This document shows positions 10,575 through 20,911 of a stretch of DNA of 64,000 bases, piece after piece. The notes under the pieces are model-generated. The model ran no database searches. It saw nothing but the letters and a program-made list of their open reading frames with translations, and was not told the DNA's origin. Position 1 is the first letter of the stretch. Each line of letters starts with the position of its first letter. Source of the DNA: Nitrospinales bacterium (GTDB taxonomy: Bacteria > Nitrospinota > Nitrospinia > Nitrospinales > VA-1); assembly GCA_965223795.1 (NCBI GenBank), contig CBDCXL010000002.1:2688001-2752000 (forward strand). The letters are read 5' to 3'. Made by a program: the position numbers and the translations under genes.

Positions 10575-10603
10575 TTGAAAAATCGGCGGCGGCCCGCTAA
10601 AAT
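10575..10603 (+). promoter_or_regulatory. Putative sigma-70 promoter of the LRR gene
   Basis: TTGAAA, 17-nt spacer, TAAAAT. Confidence 0.55.
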
Positions 10604-10659
10604 ATTTATATATTCCCGATTCGCTGGAAGTCCACTCAAGAATCCAAGGTTGGCCGTCT

Positions 10660-11721
10660 ATGAAACCGTTTATCCGAACCGCATTCGGTCTGAGTTGTGT
10701 TTTTCTGTTGTCCGCCGCAGCGCCTGCGCTGCAAGGCGACGCGCTTCTCAAGTACGTTGAGAAGAAGCTGCGCCGCAATCCGTCCGTCCTGCGTATCAAC
10801 GACAAGCACATCGGCGATGCCGGGATGGAGCTGGTTGCCCAGTCCCCGCTGCTGAAATCGGTGTCCACGCTGGTGGTCTACCAGGGCGACGTGGGAGATG
10901 AAGGGGTCGCGGCGCTGGCGCGGTCGCCCCATATCGGAAATCTCAAGGAGCTGTACCTGGAAAGCAACCACATCACCGATGCCGGCGTCAAAGTGCTGGC
11001 GCAATCTCCGGCGTTTTCCGGCCTCACGGTGCTGAACCTCTACCGCAACCGGATCAGCGACGCGGGTGCCATCGCGATCGCCGAGTCGGACGTGCTGACC
11101 AATCTGCACACGCTGAACCTCAACTACAACGGGATTCACGACGAAGGCGCGATCCGGCTGGCGACGTCGGAAAAGCTGATGAACGTCCATACACTGGGAC
11201 TGGTGTACAACCGCCTGGGCAAGGACGGCCACCGGGCCCTGCACCGCTTCGAGGTGAAGCAGCAGCTCAAGAATCTCCACCGCAACGACCGGCTCAAGAA
11301 CATGGGCGAATATTATCTGGGAGAGGACGGGGTGTTCGCGCTTTTAGACCTTCCCTACGCCAAGGAGCTTAAGGAGCTGGACCTGCGCAACAACGATCTG
11401 TCGGACAACGCCGTGGTGGCGCTGGCGAAGTCCTCCAAACTGAGCGGGCTGGAGTCGCTGAATCTGTCCGAGAACAACATCACCGACGTGGGGGCGGAAG
11501 CGCTGGCGGGATCGAAAACCCTGTCCAACCTGAAAACGCTGAACCTCAACTTCAATCGCATCGGAGATCCGGGCGCCAAGGCCATCGCCGTTTCGAGTTT
11601 CCTTTCCAACCTGGAATCGCTGAAACTGGGGCAGAACCGGATCGGCACCGAGGGGGCCGTCGCGCTGGAGCAGTCGAAGACCTTGACCCAGCTCATCCAT
11701 CCTATTTTCGGGTTTTACTGA
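10660..11721 (+). CDS. Secreted leucine-rich repeat protein (ribonuclease-inhibitor-like 28-aa repeats)
   Basis: Signal-peptide-like N-terminus; repeated LxxLxLxxNxIxDxGAxALAxS units in two blocks. Confidence 0.9.
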   Translation: MKPFIRTAFGLSCVFLLSAAAPALQGDALLKYVEKKLRRNPSVLRINDKHIGDAGMELVAQSPLLKSVSTLVVYQGDVGDEGVAALARSPHIGNLKELYLESNHITDAGVKVLAQSPAFSGLTVLNLYRNRISDAGAIAIAESDVLTNLHTLNLNYNGIHDEGAIRLATSEKLMNVHTLGLVYNRLGKDGHRALHRFEVKQQLKNLHRNDRLKNMGEYYLGEDGVFALLDLPYAKELKELDLRNNDLSDNAVVALAKSSKLSGLESLNLSENNITDVGAEALAGSKTLSNLKTLNLNFNRIGDPGAKAIAVSSFLSNLESLKLGQNRIGTEGAVALEQSKTLTQLIHPIFGFY

Positions 11722-11872
11722 CGCCCTTTCGCATCGCTAAACCCTTTCCTCCTTACGGTTTGGGAGCCTGGGCCGCGTTTCCCGATACGAGTTCAGGTGG
11801 ATCTCTGTAAGCGTCTATGTTACAATGGTTTATGCGTTAATCCCTGTTTTTAAACCCCGGTTTTGAGATCGC

Positions 11873-12841
<969 letters not shown>

Positions 12842-12878
12842 GCTCCGAAGGCCTTGCCGCATATTGAGACGGAATTTC

Positions 12879-12937
12879 TTGCCTGGCTTCTTGCTGTGTC
12901 TTATTATAGGTGTTTAAGTGCATAGGTGTATATGTGT
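12879..12937 (+). promoter_or_regulatory. Promoter and tandem-repeat operator of the toxin-antitoxin pair
   Basis: TTGCCT, 17-nt spacer, TATTAT (12879-12907), overlapped by four tandem 8-mers ATAGGTGT TTAAGTGC ATAGGTGT ATATGTGT (12906-12937). Confidence 0.65.
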
Positions 12938-12954
12938 TTATTGGGAGAGGAGTC

Positions 12955-13191
12955 ATGACACGTTGGAATTTGAGCATACCCGAAGAAACGGACCGGGCCG
13001 TGCGTTCCTTTCTTGCCCGTAAAGGCGGGAAAAAAGGCGACCTTTCGAAGTTTGTCAACGATGCGACACGGCGTGAAATTCTACGTCAAACGGTGCGGGA
13101 TATGCAGGAGCAGAACGCCGATCTCAGTGAAGAAGAAGCCCAAAAACTCGCTGAAGAGGCCGTAACGTGGGCTCGTGCGAATCGTCCTTGA
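12955..13191 (+). CDS. Ribbon-helix-helix antitoxin / transcriptional regulator
   Basis: MTRWNLSI (beta ribbon), EETDRAVRSFLA, KKGDLSKFVNDA. SD-like GAGAGGAG before ATG 12955. Overlaps the PIN gene. Confidence 0.85.
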   Translation: MTRWNLSIPEETDRAVRSFLARKGGKKGDLSKFVNDATRREILRQTVRDMQEQNADLSEEEAQKLAEEAVTWARANRP

Positions 13192-13591
13192 TACCAATAT
13201 TATTGTTTCAGGATTGCTCTCTGAAACGGGTCCGCCGGCTTTATTGTTAAAACTCTGGTTGCAGGGTAAGTTTGAGCTGGTCACTTCGAGGGCCCAACTG
13301 GATGAATTGAGCCGCGTGTTTCAATACAAGAAGATCCGGGAACGAATTCCTTCAGATCAAGCAGAGACCATTCTCGGTCAGATCGATGCGTTTGCCACCG
13401 TGGTCGATGTTCTTCCTGCTATAGATCTTTCACCCGATCCGGATGACAATGTCATTCTTGCCGCAGCGATTCAGGCCCAAGCGGATTGTATTGTCAGCGG
13501 TGATAAATCCGATTTGTTGACCATCCAGAAAGCGGAAAAGATACCCATCATCACCGCACGTCAAGCCGTCAAACGGATAGACAGGAAGTAG
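13175..13591 (+). CDS. PIN-domain toxin (putative type II TA toxin)
   Basis: MRIVLDTNIIVSGLL, QLDEL, DPDDNVILAAA and IVSGDKSDLL give the PIN acidic residues. Less GC-rich than its neighbours. Confidence 0.9.
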   Translation: MRIVLDTNIIVSGLLSETGPPALLLKLWLQGKFELVTSRAQLDELSRVFQYKKIRERIPSDQAETILGQIDAFATVVDVLPAIDLSPDPDDNVILAAAIQAQADCIVSGDKSDLLTIQKAEKIPIITARQAVKRIDRK

Positions 13592-13845
13592 CCAGCCTGT
13601 TGAAAACTTTCCTCACTTCCTAAACCCGAAAACCCGACGCAGATCACATTTTCCTGTGACGCGGGTTCTATTTTCCGCCCTGCATCCGTGATTGAATGGG
13701 AATGACCCCTCCACTCAAGCGCCGCGTATGATTCCGCGCTGTGTTTCATTTTACGGATTGTAAGGACGTCGTTTGCCGTCCGGGTCCGTGCATCGAAAGC
13801 GTTCTTTGATCTTTGATCGGAAGGCGTTTCCTCCATTCGGTCTGC

Positions 13846-14949
13846 ATGCGGTTTCCGATTTCAAACATATTTCAGGCCGTGGCGCTGTTGTTTGCGGCGC
13901 TCGTCCTGTTGAGCGCAAGCCCTACGGTGAAGCGGGATGCGCGCTTTTTAGGCGTGCAGCCGCAGGTGGCGACGGATTACATCTATGCGGTCGTCGCGGC
14001 GGGACGGCGGTTTTACGCCAACCAGATCGTCGAGCGGCTGCAGAAAAACATCGGCCTCAAAGCCTCGGAAAACTGGGTGAAAGAGGACGCGCTGCCGCTT
14101 CCCTCGCAGTTTCTCAAACTCTCCGCGGAAAGCACCAATGCCCGCAGCACGGGCTTCAAGATCCGGCTGATCAGTAAGAAGCCGCTGAACCCGGCCAACG
14201 CGCCTCTTACTGTATTTGAAAATCACGGGCTGCAGGGGCTGGCGGCGAAACCGGAAGAACCGTTCGCCTGGGTGGTGAAGACCGGAGGGGGCTGGAGCTA
14301 CCAGGCCATCTACCCGGACGTGGCCGTGTCGAAGTCCTGCGTCGCCTGCCACAACGCGCACCCGCGTTCCTCAAGGCGCGATTACAGGCTGGGCGACGTG
14401 CTGGGCGGGCTGGTGATCCAGATTCCTCTGAGACGGGTGCACATCGGCGACAATGAGCGCTTCGTCATCACGCCGCAGTCGGTCTCGAGCCACATCCACA
14501 CGATCGTCGAATCGGACCGGATGGTGTATTCCAAGCACATCGTCAACCGGCTGCGCGACAAAGAAGTGGTGGGAGCCTCGGAAAACTGGCGCGAGGAGAA
14601 CGCCCTGCCGCTGCCGGCGCAGTTTCTCGCCCGCGCGCGCGAGCTGACCCGGCGTTACCGGCCGGGCCTGGATTTCCGGCTGATCAGCCACTGGCCCATC
14701 AATTACCGGAACGGCGCCGCCAACGAGTTCGAGCGCAACGCCCTCGATGCGGTGCGCGATAGGCCGCACCGGCCGTATTACGGGCAGAAATCGCTGGGCG
14801 GGTCCCAGTATTTCCAGGGCGTGTTTCCGGATTATGCGGTGAGCGCCGCCTGCGTGCACTGCCACAACGCCCACCCCAAAAGCCCCAAAACCGACTTCAA
14901 ACTCAACGATCTGATGGGAGCGCTGGTGGTGTCCTTCACCTTCCAGTGA
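13846..14949 (+). CDS. Tandem Tll0287/DUF3365-like c-type heme protein (two CxxCH)
   Basis: Two homologous halves (ASENW...ALPLP.QFL...RLIS..P.N..N...FE...PD.AVS..CVxCHNAHP.S...D..L.D..G.LV) with CVACH and CVHCH; hydrophobic N-terminus. Alternative start at 13813. Confidence 0.85.
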   Translation: MRFPISNIFQAVALLFAALVLLSASPTVKRDARFLGVQPQVATDYIYAVVAAGRRFYANQIVERLQKNIGLKASENWVKEDALPLPSQFLKLSAESTNARSTGFKIRLISKKPLNPANAPLTVFENHGLQGLAAKPEEPFAWVVKTGGGWSYQAIYPDVAVSKSCVACHNAHPRSSRRDYRLGDVLGGLVIQIPLRRVHIGDNERFVITPQSVSSHIHTIVESDRMVYSKHIVNRLRDKEVVGASENWREENALPLPAQFLARARELTRRYRPGLDFRLISHWPINYRNGAANEFERNALDAVRDRPHRPYYGQKSLGGSQYFQGVFPDYAVSAACVHCHNAHPKSPKTDFKLNDLMGALVVSFTFQ

Positions 14950-15054
14950 GGCCCGGTTCCCCGCCTGGATTGCTGCCTTTCAAGTTTCAGGGGAATATTG
15001 CCGCGGGCGCGGGATCTTTCTTTTCAGGATAACTCTGAAAAGGAGGGTTCGGCC

Positions 15055-15174
15055 ATGAACGCGCGCGCGGTATTCCATCTTCCCACGCCCCCCGAGACGG
15101 TGTCGTTCCTGCAAAAGGCGCTGGTGACGGCGCTGTTCCTTCTGGCCTGGATCGCCGTTTTTGTCTTTCTTTGA
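15055..15174 (+). CDS. Candidate 39-aa single-pass membrane protein (absent from the ORF track)
   Basis: AGGAGG at 15041-15046, 8 nt before ATG. Translation MNARAVFHLPTPPETVSFLQKALVTALFLLAWIAVFVFL. Stop ends 2 nt short of the convergent MMPL stop. Confidence 0.6.
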   Translation: MNARAVFHLPTPPETVSFLQKALVTALFLLAWIAVFVFL

Positions 15175-15176
15175 AT

Positions 15177-17711
15177 TCACTCCGCCCGGGCGGCGGCCAT
15201 CGGTGCGGTTTCCTTGTGGGTGTCGGGCCCCATCGGCTTGAACACGACGATGAGCAGCGGCAGCAGCACGAGGTTGTTGATCAGCGCCACGATCATGGCG
15301 AAGCCGGTGAGCAGGCCGAAATAGATGGTCGGGATGAAGTTGGACAGGGTGAGGATGGAAAATCCCAGCGTCACGGTGATGGAGGTGTAGTACATGGCGC
15401 GCCCGGTGCTGCCGTGGCACACGCGCACGTTTTCCAGGTAATCGGGCTTTTGCGCGAACTCCTCCTTGAACCGGCAGATGTAGTGGATGGTGTCGTCCAC
15501 GGCGATGCCGATGGTGATGGCGGCGATGGTGATCGTCATCATGTCGAGCGGAATGCCGAGCCAGCCCATCAGCCCCAGCACGAACCCGGCTGAGAGGAGG
15601 TTGGGGACGATGCCGATGAACGCAAGGTAAACGCTGCGGAACAGCACCATGAACATCAGCAGGATGGCCGCGAACACCATTCCCAGAGTCAGGATCTGCG
15701 ACTGATACAGGCTCTGCAGCATGTTGTTGTAGAGCACCGCCATGCCGGTGAAGCGGATGCGGCCGCCCTCGATGCCGATTTCATCTTCCAGATGGCGGCG
15801 GATCTTTTCCACCAGTTCGCCGCGGTTGAGGTTCGGGTCGGCTTCCACGATGCGCATGTTGATGCGCACCTGATTGGCGTCTTCCGACAGGTACGGCGTG
15901 ATGAAGGCCTTTTTCGCCTCTGCGGGGAACAGCCTGCGGTACAGGGCGAGGTCGTAATCGTCCGGAACCAGGCCGTCGTTGAGGAGTTTTACGACCTTGA
16001 AGGTCGTGGCGATGGAAACGACCTTGCCGATCTCCGGCAGCGATTCGAGATAATCGTGGATCTCCTCGACGACTCCGAGCTGCTCGGCGTGGAACCAGTA
16101 GTTCTCCTGGTTGTCGTCCTGCTGGGCGAACGGGTCGTCGGCGAAGGGATCGTCTTCCTCCGCTTCCCGCTGCTGTTTCATTTCCTTTAAAAATTCGAAG
16201 TAATCCCGATCGGGATCGATGACGATGTCGAGCGGCGTGGTGCCGCCCAGCTTGCGGTCGATCAGGTTCATGCCCTGATAGATTTCCGTGGATGTCTTGA
16301 AGTAGTCGATGAAGCGGTTGTCCACCTGCAGGCGGAAAATCCCGATCAGGCTGGCCGCGGTGAGGATCACGGACAGGATGAGGATGCGGGTTTTCTGGTT
16401 GAGCGTCAGGCGGGCGATGGACAGGGTGAAGTTCTTGGTCCGGTCCTTGCCGTACACGGAGGGCTCGGGATTCATCAGGGCGAGCAGCGACGGGAAAAAG
16501 ATGAACGTCAGGATGAACGCGAGCGAAATGCCCATGGTCATGATCCAGCCGAAATCGATGACCGGGCGGATGCCGCTGACCACCAGCGAGCTGAACGCCA
16601 CGATGGTGGTGATGGCGGTGTAAAAACAGGGCCGGCCCATGTGGCGGATGGTCTCCCGCACCAGTTCGGTCTGCCGGGCGTTGGGATTGGACGTGTACAG
16701 TTCGCCGTAACGCACGATGAGGTGGATGGTCCAGGAGATCGTGATGATGAGCAGGATGGAGATGAAGTTGGAGGAGATGACGGTGATGCGCCAGTCGAGA
16801 AATCCCAGAAACCCGACCATGCTGACCGCCGCGATGAAGCAGCAGCCCATCGGCAGGATGATCCACCGCTTGCGCCGGAAAAAGAACCACATCACCGCGA
16901 TCATGAACAGCAGCACGCCCCAGCCGAAGATCGCAAGATCGCTTTTGATGAAGGCGATCATGTCGGAGGTGATCATGGACACGCCGCCGAGAAACATGTC
17001 CGCCTCGCCGCGGTATTTGTCCATGATCTGCCGCACCGCGATGACGTCCTGCGCCTGATAGTCGTTGTAGTGGGCGAGGTATTTTTTGAACTCGCCTTCG
17101 GCTTTATCGAGCGCTTCCTCTTCCTCCGCAGTCAATCCCGCGTTTCTTTTTTTCTCCCTCAAATCGTTGCGTTGTTTCAACAGGTCGAAATAGGTCTCGT
17201 CCCGTTCCAGATAGGCCAGCACCGCCGTGGTGTTTCCGTCCGGGCTCACCAGCAGCTTGTGGTAAATGGGGCTTTCCTGAAACTCCCGCCGCGCCATTTC
17301 CTTGTCGAGTCCCGGCGTTTTCAGCGTGCGCACCTCCTCGCCCAGATCCGCTATGCTGATTTGCGGGCTGTTGAGCAGGGGAACGTCGAGGATGGTCACC
17401 ACCGAATCGACCCGTTCGAGCTTGGCGAGGTCGTTTTTCAGCGCCTCGAGCGTGTCCAGGGAATCGTCGGAGAGCAGGTCTCCCCTGGGTGTGAAGGTGA
17501 TGATGAGAAAATCCTGCGAGCCGTATTTTTTGTTGATCTCACGGAAAAAGCGCAGGTCCTGGTCGTTTTCCAGGACCAGCGAGTCGGCGGAGGCGTCCAG
17601 TTTGAAATGCTTGGCGAACGAGCCGATGAGGGCGACGCCGATGATCACCAGAGCCAGAGTCAGCAGCGGTTTTTTAAGTACGCATTTTTCGTAAGCGCGA
17701 AGGATGAGCAT
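15177..17711 (-). CDS. MMPL/RND-superfamily transporter
   Basis: 844 aa with two repeats of TM + large loop + 5 TM; GGTTPLDIV and AAITIGIAVDDTIHY. Confidence 0.9.
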   Translation of the reverse strand: MLILRAYEKCVLKKPLLTLALVIIGVALIGSFAKHFKLDASADSLVLENDQDLRFFREINKKYGSQDFLIITFTPRGDLLSDDSLDTLEALKNDLAKLERVDSVVTILDVPLLNSPQISIADLGEEVRTLKTPGLDKEMARREFQESPIYHKLLVSPDGNTTAVLAYLERDETYFDLLKQRNDLREKKRNAGLTAEEEEALDKAEGEFKKYLAHYNDYQAQDVIAVRQIMDKYRGEADMFLGGVSMITSDMIAFIKSDLAIFGWGVLLFMIAVMWFFFRRKRWIILPMGCCFIAAVSMVGFLGFLDWRITVISSNFISILLIITISWTIHLIVRYGELYTSNPNARQTELVRETIRHMGRPCFYTAITTIVAFSSLVVSGIRPVIDFGWIMTMGISLAFILTFIFFPSLLALMNPEPSVYGKDRTKNFTLSIARLTLNQKTRILILSVILTAASLIGIFRLQVDNRFIDYFKTSTEIYQGMNLIDRKLGGTTPLDIVIDPDRDYFEFLKEMKQQREAEEDDPFADDPFAQQDDNQENYWFHAEQLGVVEEIHDYLESLPEIGKVVSIATTFKVVKLLNDGLVPDDYDLALYRRLFPAEAKKAFITPYLSEDANQVRINMRIVEADPNLNRGELVEKIRRHLEDEIGIEGGRIRFTGMAVLYNNMLQSLYQSQILTLGMVFAAILLMFMVLFRSVYLAFIGIVPNLLSAGFVLGLMGWLGIPLDMMTITIAAITIGIAVDDTIHYICRFKEEFAQKPDYLENVRVCHGSTGRAMYYTSITVTLGFSILTLSNFIPTIYFGLLTGFAMIVALINNLVLLPLLIVVFKPMGPDTHKETAPMAAARAE

Positions 17712-17913
17712 GGGGACGGATTTCCGGAGGAACGATCAGGATTGAACCGAGGAAGGGTTGATGTTTGTTTCCCTGTCGATCGGGAAACGGCTTCCTTTCA
17801 GAAACAACCTTCACATTGTAATTATTTTTCGCTGTATTACAAATGCCAATCTTTCCAATGTCTCTTCATTTCGGTGCGATGACAAGTAAAAATTTGGCGG
17901 CATCGTTGATGAT

Positions 17914-18288
17914 TCATTTGAGGGAAGGTTTCGCGTTCAGGATCGCATGCAGCCAGGGGTGTGAATCGGGCAGGCCGGGATCGAGCGCCAGGGCCTGCTG
18001 GTAAGCCCACGCTTCCTCGTCGAAGCGGTTCATCAGTCCAAAATTCAAACCCATGCCCAGGTACGCGAGCGCGAAGCGCGAATGCTGTTTGATGAACGCT
18101 TCAAACTCCTGCAGCGCCAGTGGGTAATAGCGGTCCTCCCGGTAGGCGATTTTGCCGAACGCTTTGTTGAGGTTGTACACCCTCCGGGCCTGATAGGGCT
18201 GGTAGGGCTTGAGCCTTTTATACAGGCGCACCTGACGGTGGTAGATGGATTGCGCGATGTGCTTCCGAGAGACGGTTTTTACGTTCAT
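17914..18288 (-). CDS. Small tetratricopeptide-repeat protein
   Basis: ALAYLGMGLNFGLMNRFDEEAWAYQQALALDP is a TPR-like unit. Start set at ATG 18288, uncertain. Confidence 0.6.
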   Translation of the reverse strand: MNVKTVSRKHIAQSIYHRQVRLYKRLKPYQPYQARRVYNLNKAFGKIAYREDRYYPLALQEFEAFIKQHSRFALAYLGMGLNFGLMNRFDEEAWAYQQALALDPGLPDSHPWLHAILNAKPSLK

Positions 18289-18420
18289 ATAAAAACCCGA
18301 TCCGGAATTGTGGGGGAAGCGTTCCATTATAGCGGCAAGGGCGAAACCGGGACAAGGGGGGAACGCGTTTTCCGGATGCGCAAGGACCGTTGGGTCCACG
18401 ATCCCGCCGCATAGGCGGGA

Positions 18421-18927
18421 TCAATGGTGACCGGTGACGGCCGCCGCAACCGGGGAGGGCTGCGGAGTGGAGTCCGTGGACCGGAAACTGGCGGGGAACA
18501 GGCCGGAAGGACTGTCGTAAAAAGTCTCGTTGCCATTGAGGCCGTCCTCGTTCCGGTCTTTATAGATCAGATCCCAGTGTCCATCCTCATCGACATCCAT
18601 CACGTAAAACAGGGGTTCTTTGGCGGCGATGTAGTAAAACCGCGTGGTCTGGTAGTTCACGGAAAAAACCAGGCTGCCGGGATAGTGCCCGGTGACGGAT
18701 TCCACCGAATAGCCGGAGAAATAGGACGTGGTGACGACACGCAGGGTGTGAAAATTCTCTTTTCCGTTGTGGTTGGTGTCGTAGCCGACGAACAGCATGC
18801 CGTTCGGGGCGACGTGCCACGAAGTCTGCTGCGCCAGAGGCGGTTCTTTGAGGGGAGGCGGCTGGCTGTACACATCGGCCGGAGCCAGAGCCAGCAAGGC
18901 AAAAGTCAGGATCAGAAAGCGTTTCAT
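18421..18927 (-). CDS. Secreted hypothetical protein with DxDxDG-like Ca-binding loops
   Basis: Signal peptide MKRFLILTFALLALAPADVYS; motifs DTNHNG, DVDEDG and DRNEDG. Confidence 0.75.
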   Translation of the reverse strand: MKRFLILTFALLALAPADVYSQPPPLKEPPLAQQTSWHVAPNGMLFVGYDTNHNGKENFHTLRVVTTSYFSGYSVESVTGHYPGSLVFSVNYQTTRFYYIAAKEPLFYVMDVDEDGHWDLIYKDRNEDGLNGNETFYDSPSGLFPASFRSTDSTPQPSPVAAAVTGHH

Positions 18928-19068
18928 TTGAAACACCCCCTTTCGCTTGGGAGGCATTCAAACGGGCTGGAGTCAACGCCTCCTAATTAAATTCTGCGGT
19001 CATGATGTTCTTTTCCGTTCTAATAAGGTGACCGGCCTGGGGCCGTATTTCGTTCACCAGTATTAATT

Positions 19069-19084
19069 TGCAAGCGCTGTGCCC
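19069..19084 (-). promoter_or_regulatory. Sigma-54 (-24/-12) promoter
   Basis: Minus strand GGGCACAGCGCTTGCA matches TGGCAC-N5-TTGCW; a long AT-rich tract lies upstream (19090-19240). Confidence 0.65.
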
Positions 19085-19344
19085 AGGTGTTTGAAAATCA
19101 TGGGTTTCCATATAACTCTTTTAAAAACAACTGGATAGTATTTCTGGGAAACTCATTTTCTGTGCATTTTTATGAAAATGAATCATTGAGTGCGCACTAT
19201 TTTATAAAAATTAGGCATATTTTGTCAGTTTTTTTGTTGAAAGCGGTCCTTTGGGTGGATGGCGCGTCCTGGGTCCGTAAAGGAAAGGAATGCGGCGGGA
19301 ATCCGACCGATTGAAACCGGGGGGCGGCTCAAAGGGGATTTGCA

Positions 19345-20055
19345 ATGGATGCGGAAAATAAGGCCGGTGAGGAAACATCAGGCGGAGCGGCCTGGATCAA
19401 GCCGGCTCTGCTGGTTCTTCTGATCGCGGCGCTGGTGGTGCTGGCCTGGACGAGCGGCGTGCAGGAGTGGCTCGATCCGGAGATGATCACGCAGACGCTG
19501 GAAGAGCTGGGCATGCTGGCGCCGTTCGTGTTCATGTTGACGATGGCGGCCGCCGTGGTCGTCAGCCCGATTCCCAGCCTGCCCCTGGATGCCGCCGCCG
19601 GCGCGGTGTTCGGCCCGTTCATGGGAACGGTGTACGCGCTCATCGGCGCCGAGGCCGGAGCGCTGATCAGTTTTTTCATCACCCGCAAGCTGGGCAAAGA
19701 GGCGGTGTCGCGCTGGCTGAAAAGCGACATCGGTTTCTGCTCGCAATGCAGCGAGAAATATCTGTTCCTGCTGATCCTGGGCGCGCGCCTGCTGCCGGTG
19801 TTCTCGTTCGATATCATCAGCTACGGGGCGGGGCTGACCCGCATTTCGACGCGCGGCTTCGCGGTCGCGACCTTCATCGGCATGATCCCGCCGACCTTCG
19901 CGTTCAATTATTTCGGCAGCGGCATTTTCTCCGGCTCGCGCACCGCCCTGATCCTCGGCGGGATCGTCGTGCTCCTCTCGCTTTTGGCGCCGCACTGGCT
20001 GAAACGCCGCAACCCCTGGGGGCTCTACGACCGTCTGGAAAAACACATGGAGTGA
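19345..20055 (+). CDS. TVP38/TMEM64 (VTT/DedA-like) membrane protein
   Basis: PIPSLPLDAAAGAVFGPFMG, GALISFFITRKLG, ARLLPVFSFDIISYGAGLT and ATFIGMIP. Confidence 0.9.
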   Translation: MDAENKAGEETSGGAAWIKPALLVLLIAALVVLAWTSGVQEWLDPEMITQTLEELGMLAPFVFMLTMAAAVVVSPIPSLPLDAAAGAVFGPFMGTVYALIGAEAGALISFFITRKLGKEAVSRWLKSDIGFCSQCSEKYLFLLILGARLLPVFSFDIISYGAGLTRISTRGFAVATFIGMIPPTFAFNYFGSGIFSGSRTALILGGIVVLLSLLAPHWLKRRNPWGLYDRLEKHME

Positions 20056-20101
20056 GGGCGCTGAACCGCGCCTGCGATTTGCCGGAAAGTGTGGATGCGG
20101 G

Positions 20102-20854
20102 TCAGGCGGTTTTTTCCTGCACGGAGGACGCCCGTTTTGACTTGAATCCCCGCCAGAGAAACCACGCCCAAACGGACATCATGCCGATCCAGCCCACCGC
20201 GGTTGTCTTTGCGGCGATGGCGGTGTCCTGCTCGATCAGTCCGAAGCGGAAAAACAGATTGCGCCAGTCGTGCGCGTCCTCTCCCAGCCCGCCGATCAAA
20301 GGCAGCGCCAGCGCGCGGGCGTCCGCCATGTAGACCGCCACGTCGATCAGGTTCTCGAAACACCAGAACAGGCCGAAGGCGAAACCCGCCGTGTCGCGGC
20401 GCGCCCAGAACGAAGCGGCGACGAGGGCGGGGATCAGGACCTGGTTGAGGCTGCCGCCGAACACGGTGAGCGTGCGGTTGCCGAACACCGCGAAGATCCA
20501 GTGACCGGCTTCGTGGAACACCAGATTCACCGTGTGCAGGAAGTACAGCACGGTGGAGTCGGAACCCATGGGGTCCTTGACAGCCAGCAGAAACACCACA
20601 AGGCCGAAAGCGAGCGAGAGACCTGCGAGTGCCTGCGGAGACACCGGGTTCCAGGGCGCCGCGGCGCGCTCAAGCAGCCATTCGACCCACCTGGGGTGAC
20701 GCGCTTCTTCTACATAATTTTCCCGGCCTGCGGGCGGCGCGGAAGCTCCGACCGCTTGTCTTTTCCGGACGGCGAAATACTTTTCGAGCACGATCCCGCA
20801 ACGGAGACAGGTGTCCGACTTTTTCTGCTCAAACGCACATTTGGGGCATTGCAT
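20102..20854 (-). CDS. Zinc-ribbon plus HExxH membrane protein (M50-like putative peptidase)
   Basis: N-terminal CPKC...CLRC; TM segments containing FHEAGH, GGSLNQ and HDW. Confidence 0.75.
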   Translation of the reverse strand: MQCPKCAFEQKKSDTCLRCGIVLEKYFAVRKRQAVGASAPPAGRENYVEEARHPRWVEWLLERAAAPWNPVSPQALAGLSLAFGLVVFLLAVKDPMGSDSTVLYFLHTVNLVFHEAGHWIFAVFGNRTLTVFGGSLNQVLIPALVAASFWARRDTAGFAFGLFWCFENLIDVAVYMADARALALPLIGGLGEDAHDWRNLFFRFGLIEQDTAIAAKTTAVGWIGMMSVWAWFLWRGFKSKRASSVQEKTA

Positions 20855-20895
20855 GGCTTTCGATGGACAGGTTTTTCATGAGCTTTCATTTAAAA

Positions 20896-20911
20896 AGCAA
20901 GAGCGGTGCCA
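20896..20911 (-). promoter_or_regulatory. Sigma-54 (-24/-12) promoter
   Basis: Minus strand TGGCACCGCTCTTGCT is a consensus match about 40 nt upstream of ATG 20854; adjacent IHF-like AATCAATGACTTT. Confidence 0.8.

Noticed and set aside
13591..13606. GCCAGCCTGTTGAAAA, resembling an IS terminal repeat, right after the PIN gene (similar text near 35607)
   Set aside because: No transposase, matching inverted partner or target duplication was found; too short to support.
17816..17842. TTGTAAT-N13-ATTACAA inverted repeat upstream of the MMPL gene
   Set aside because: Short and AT-rich with no candidate regulator nearby; could be chance.
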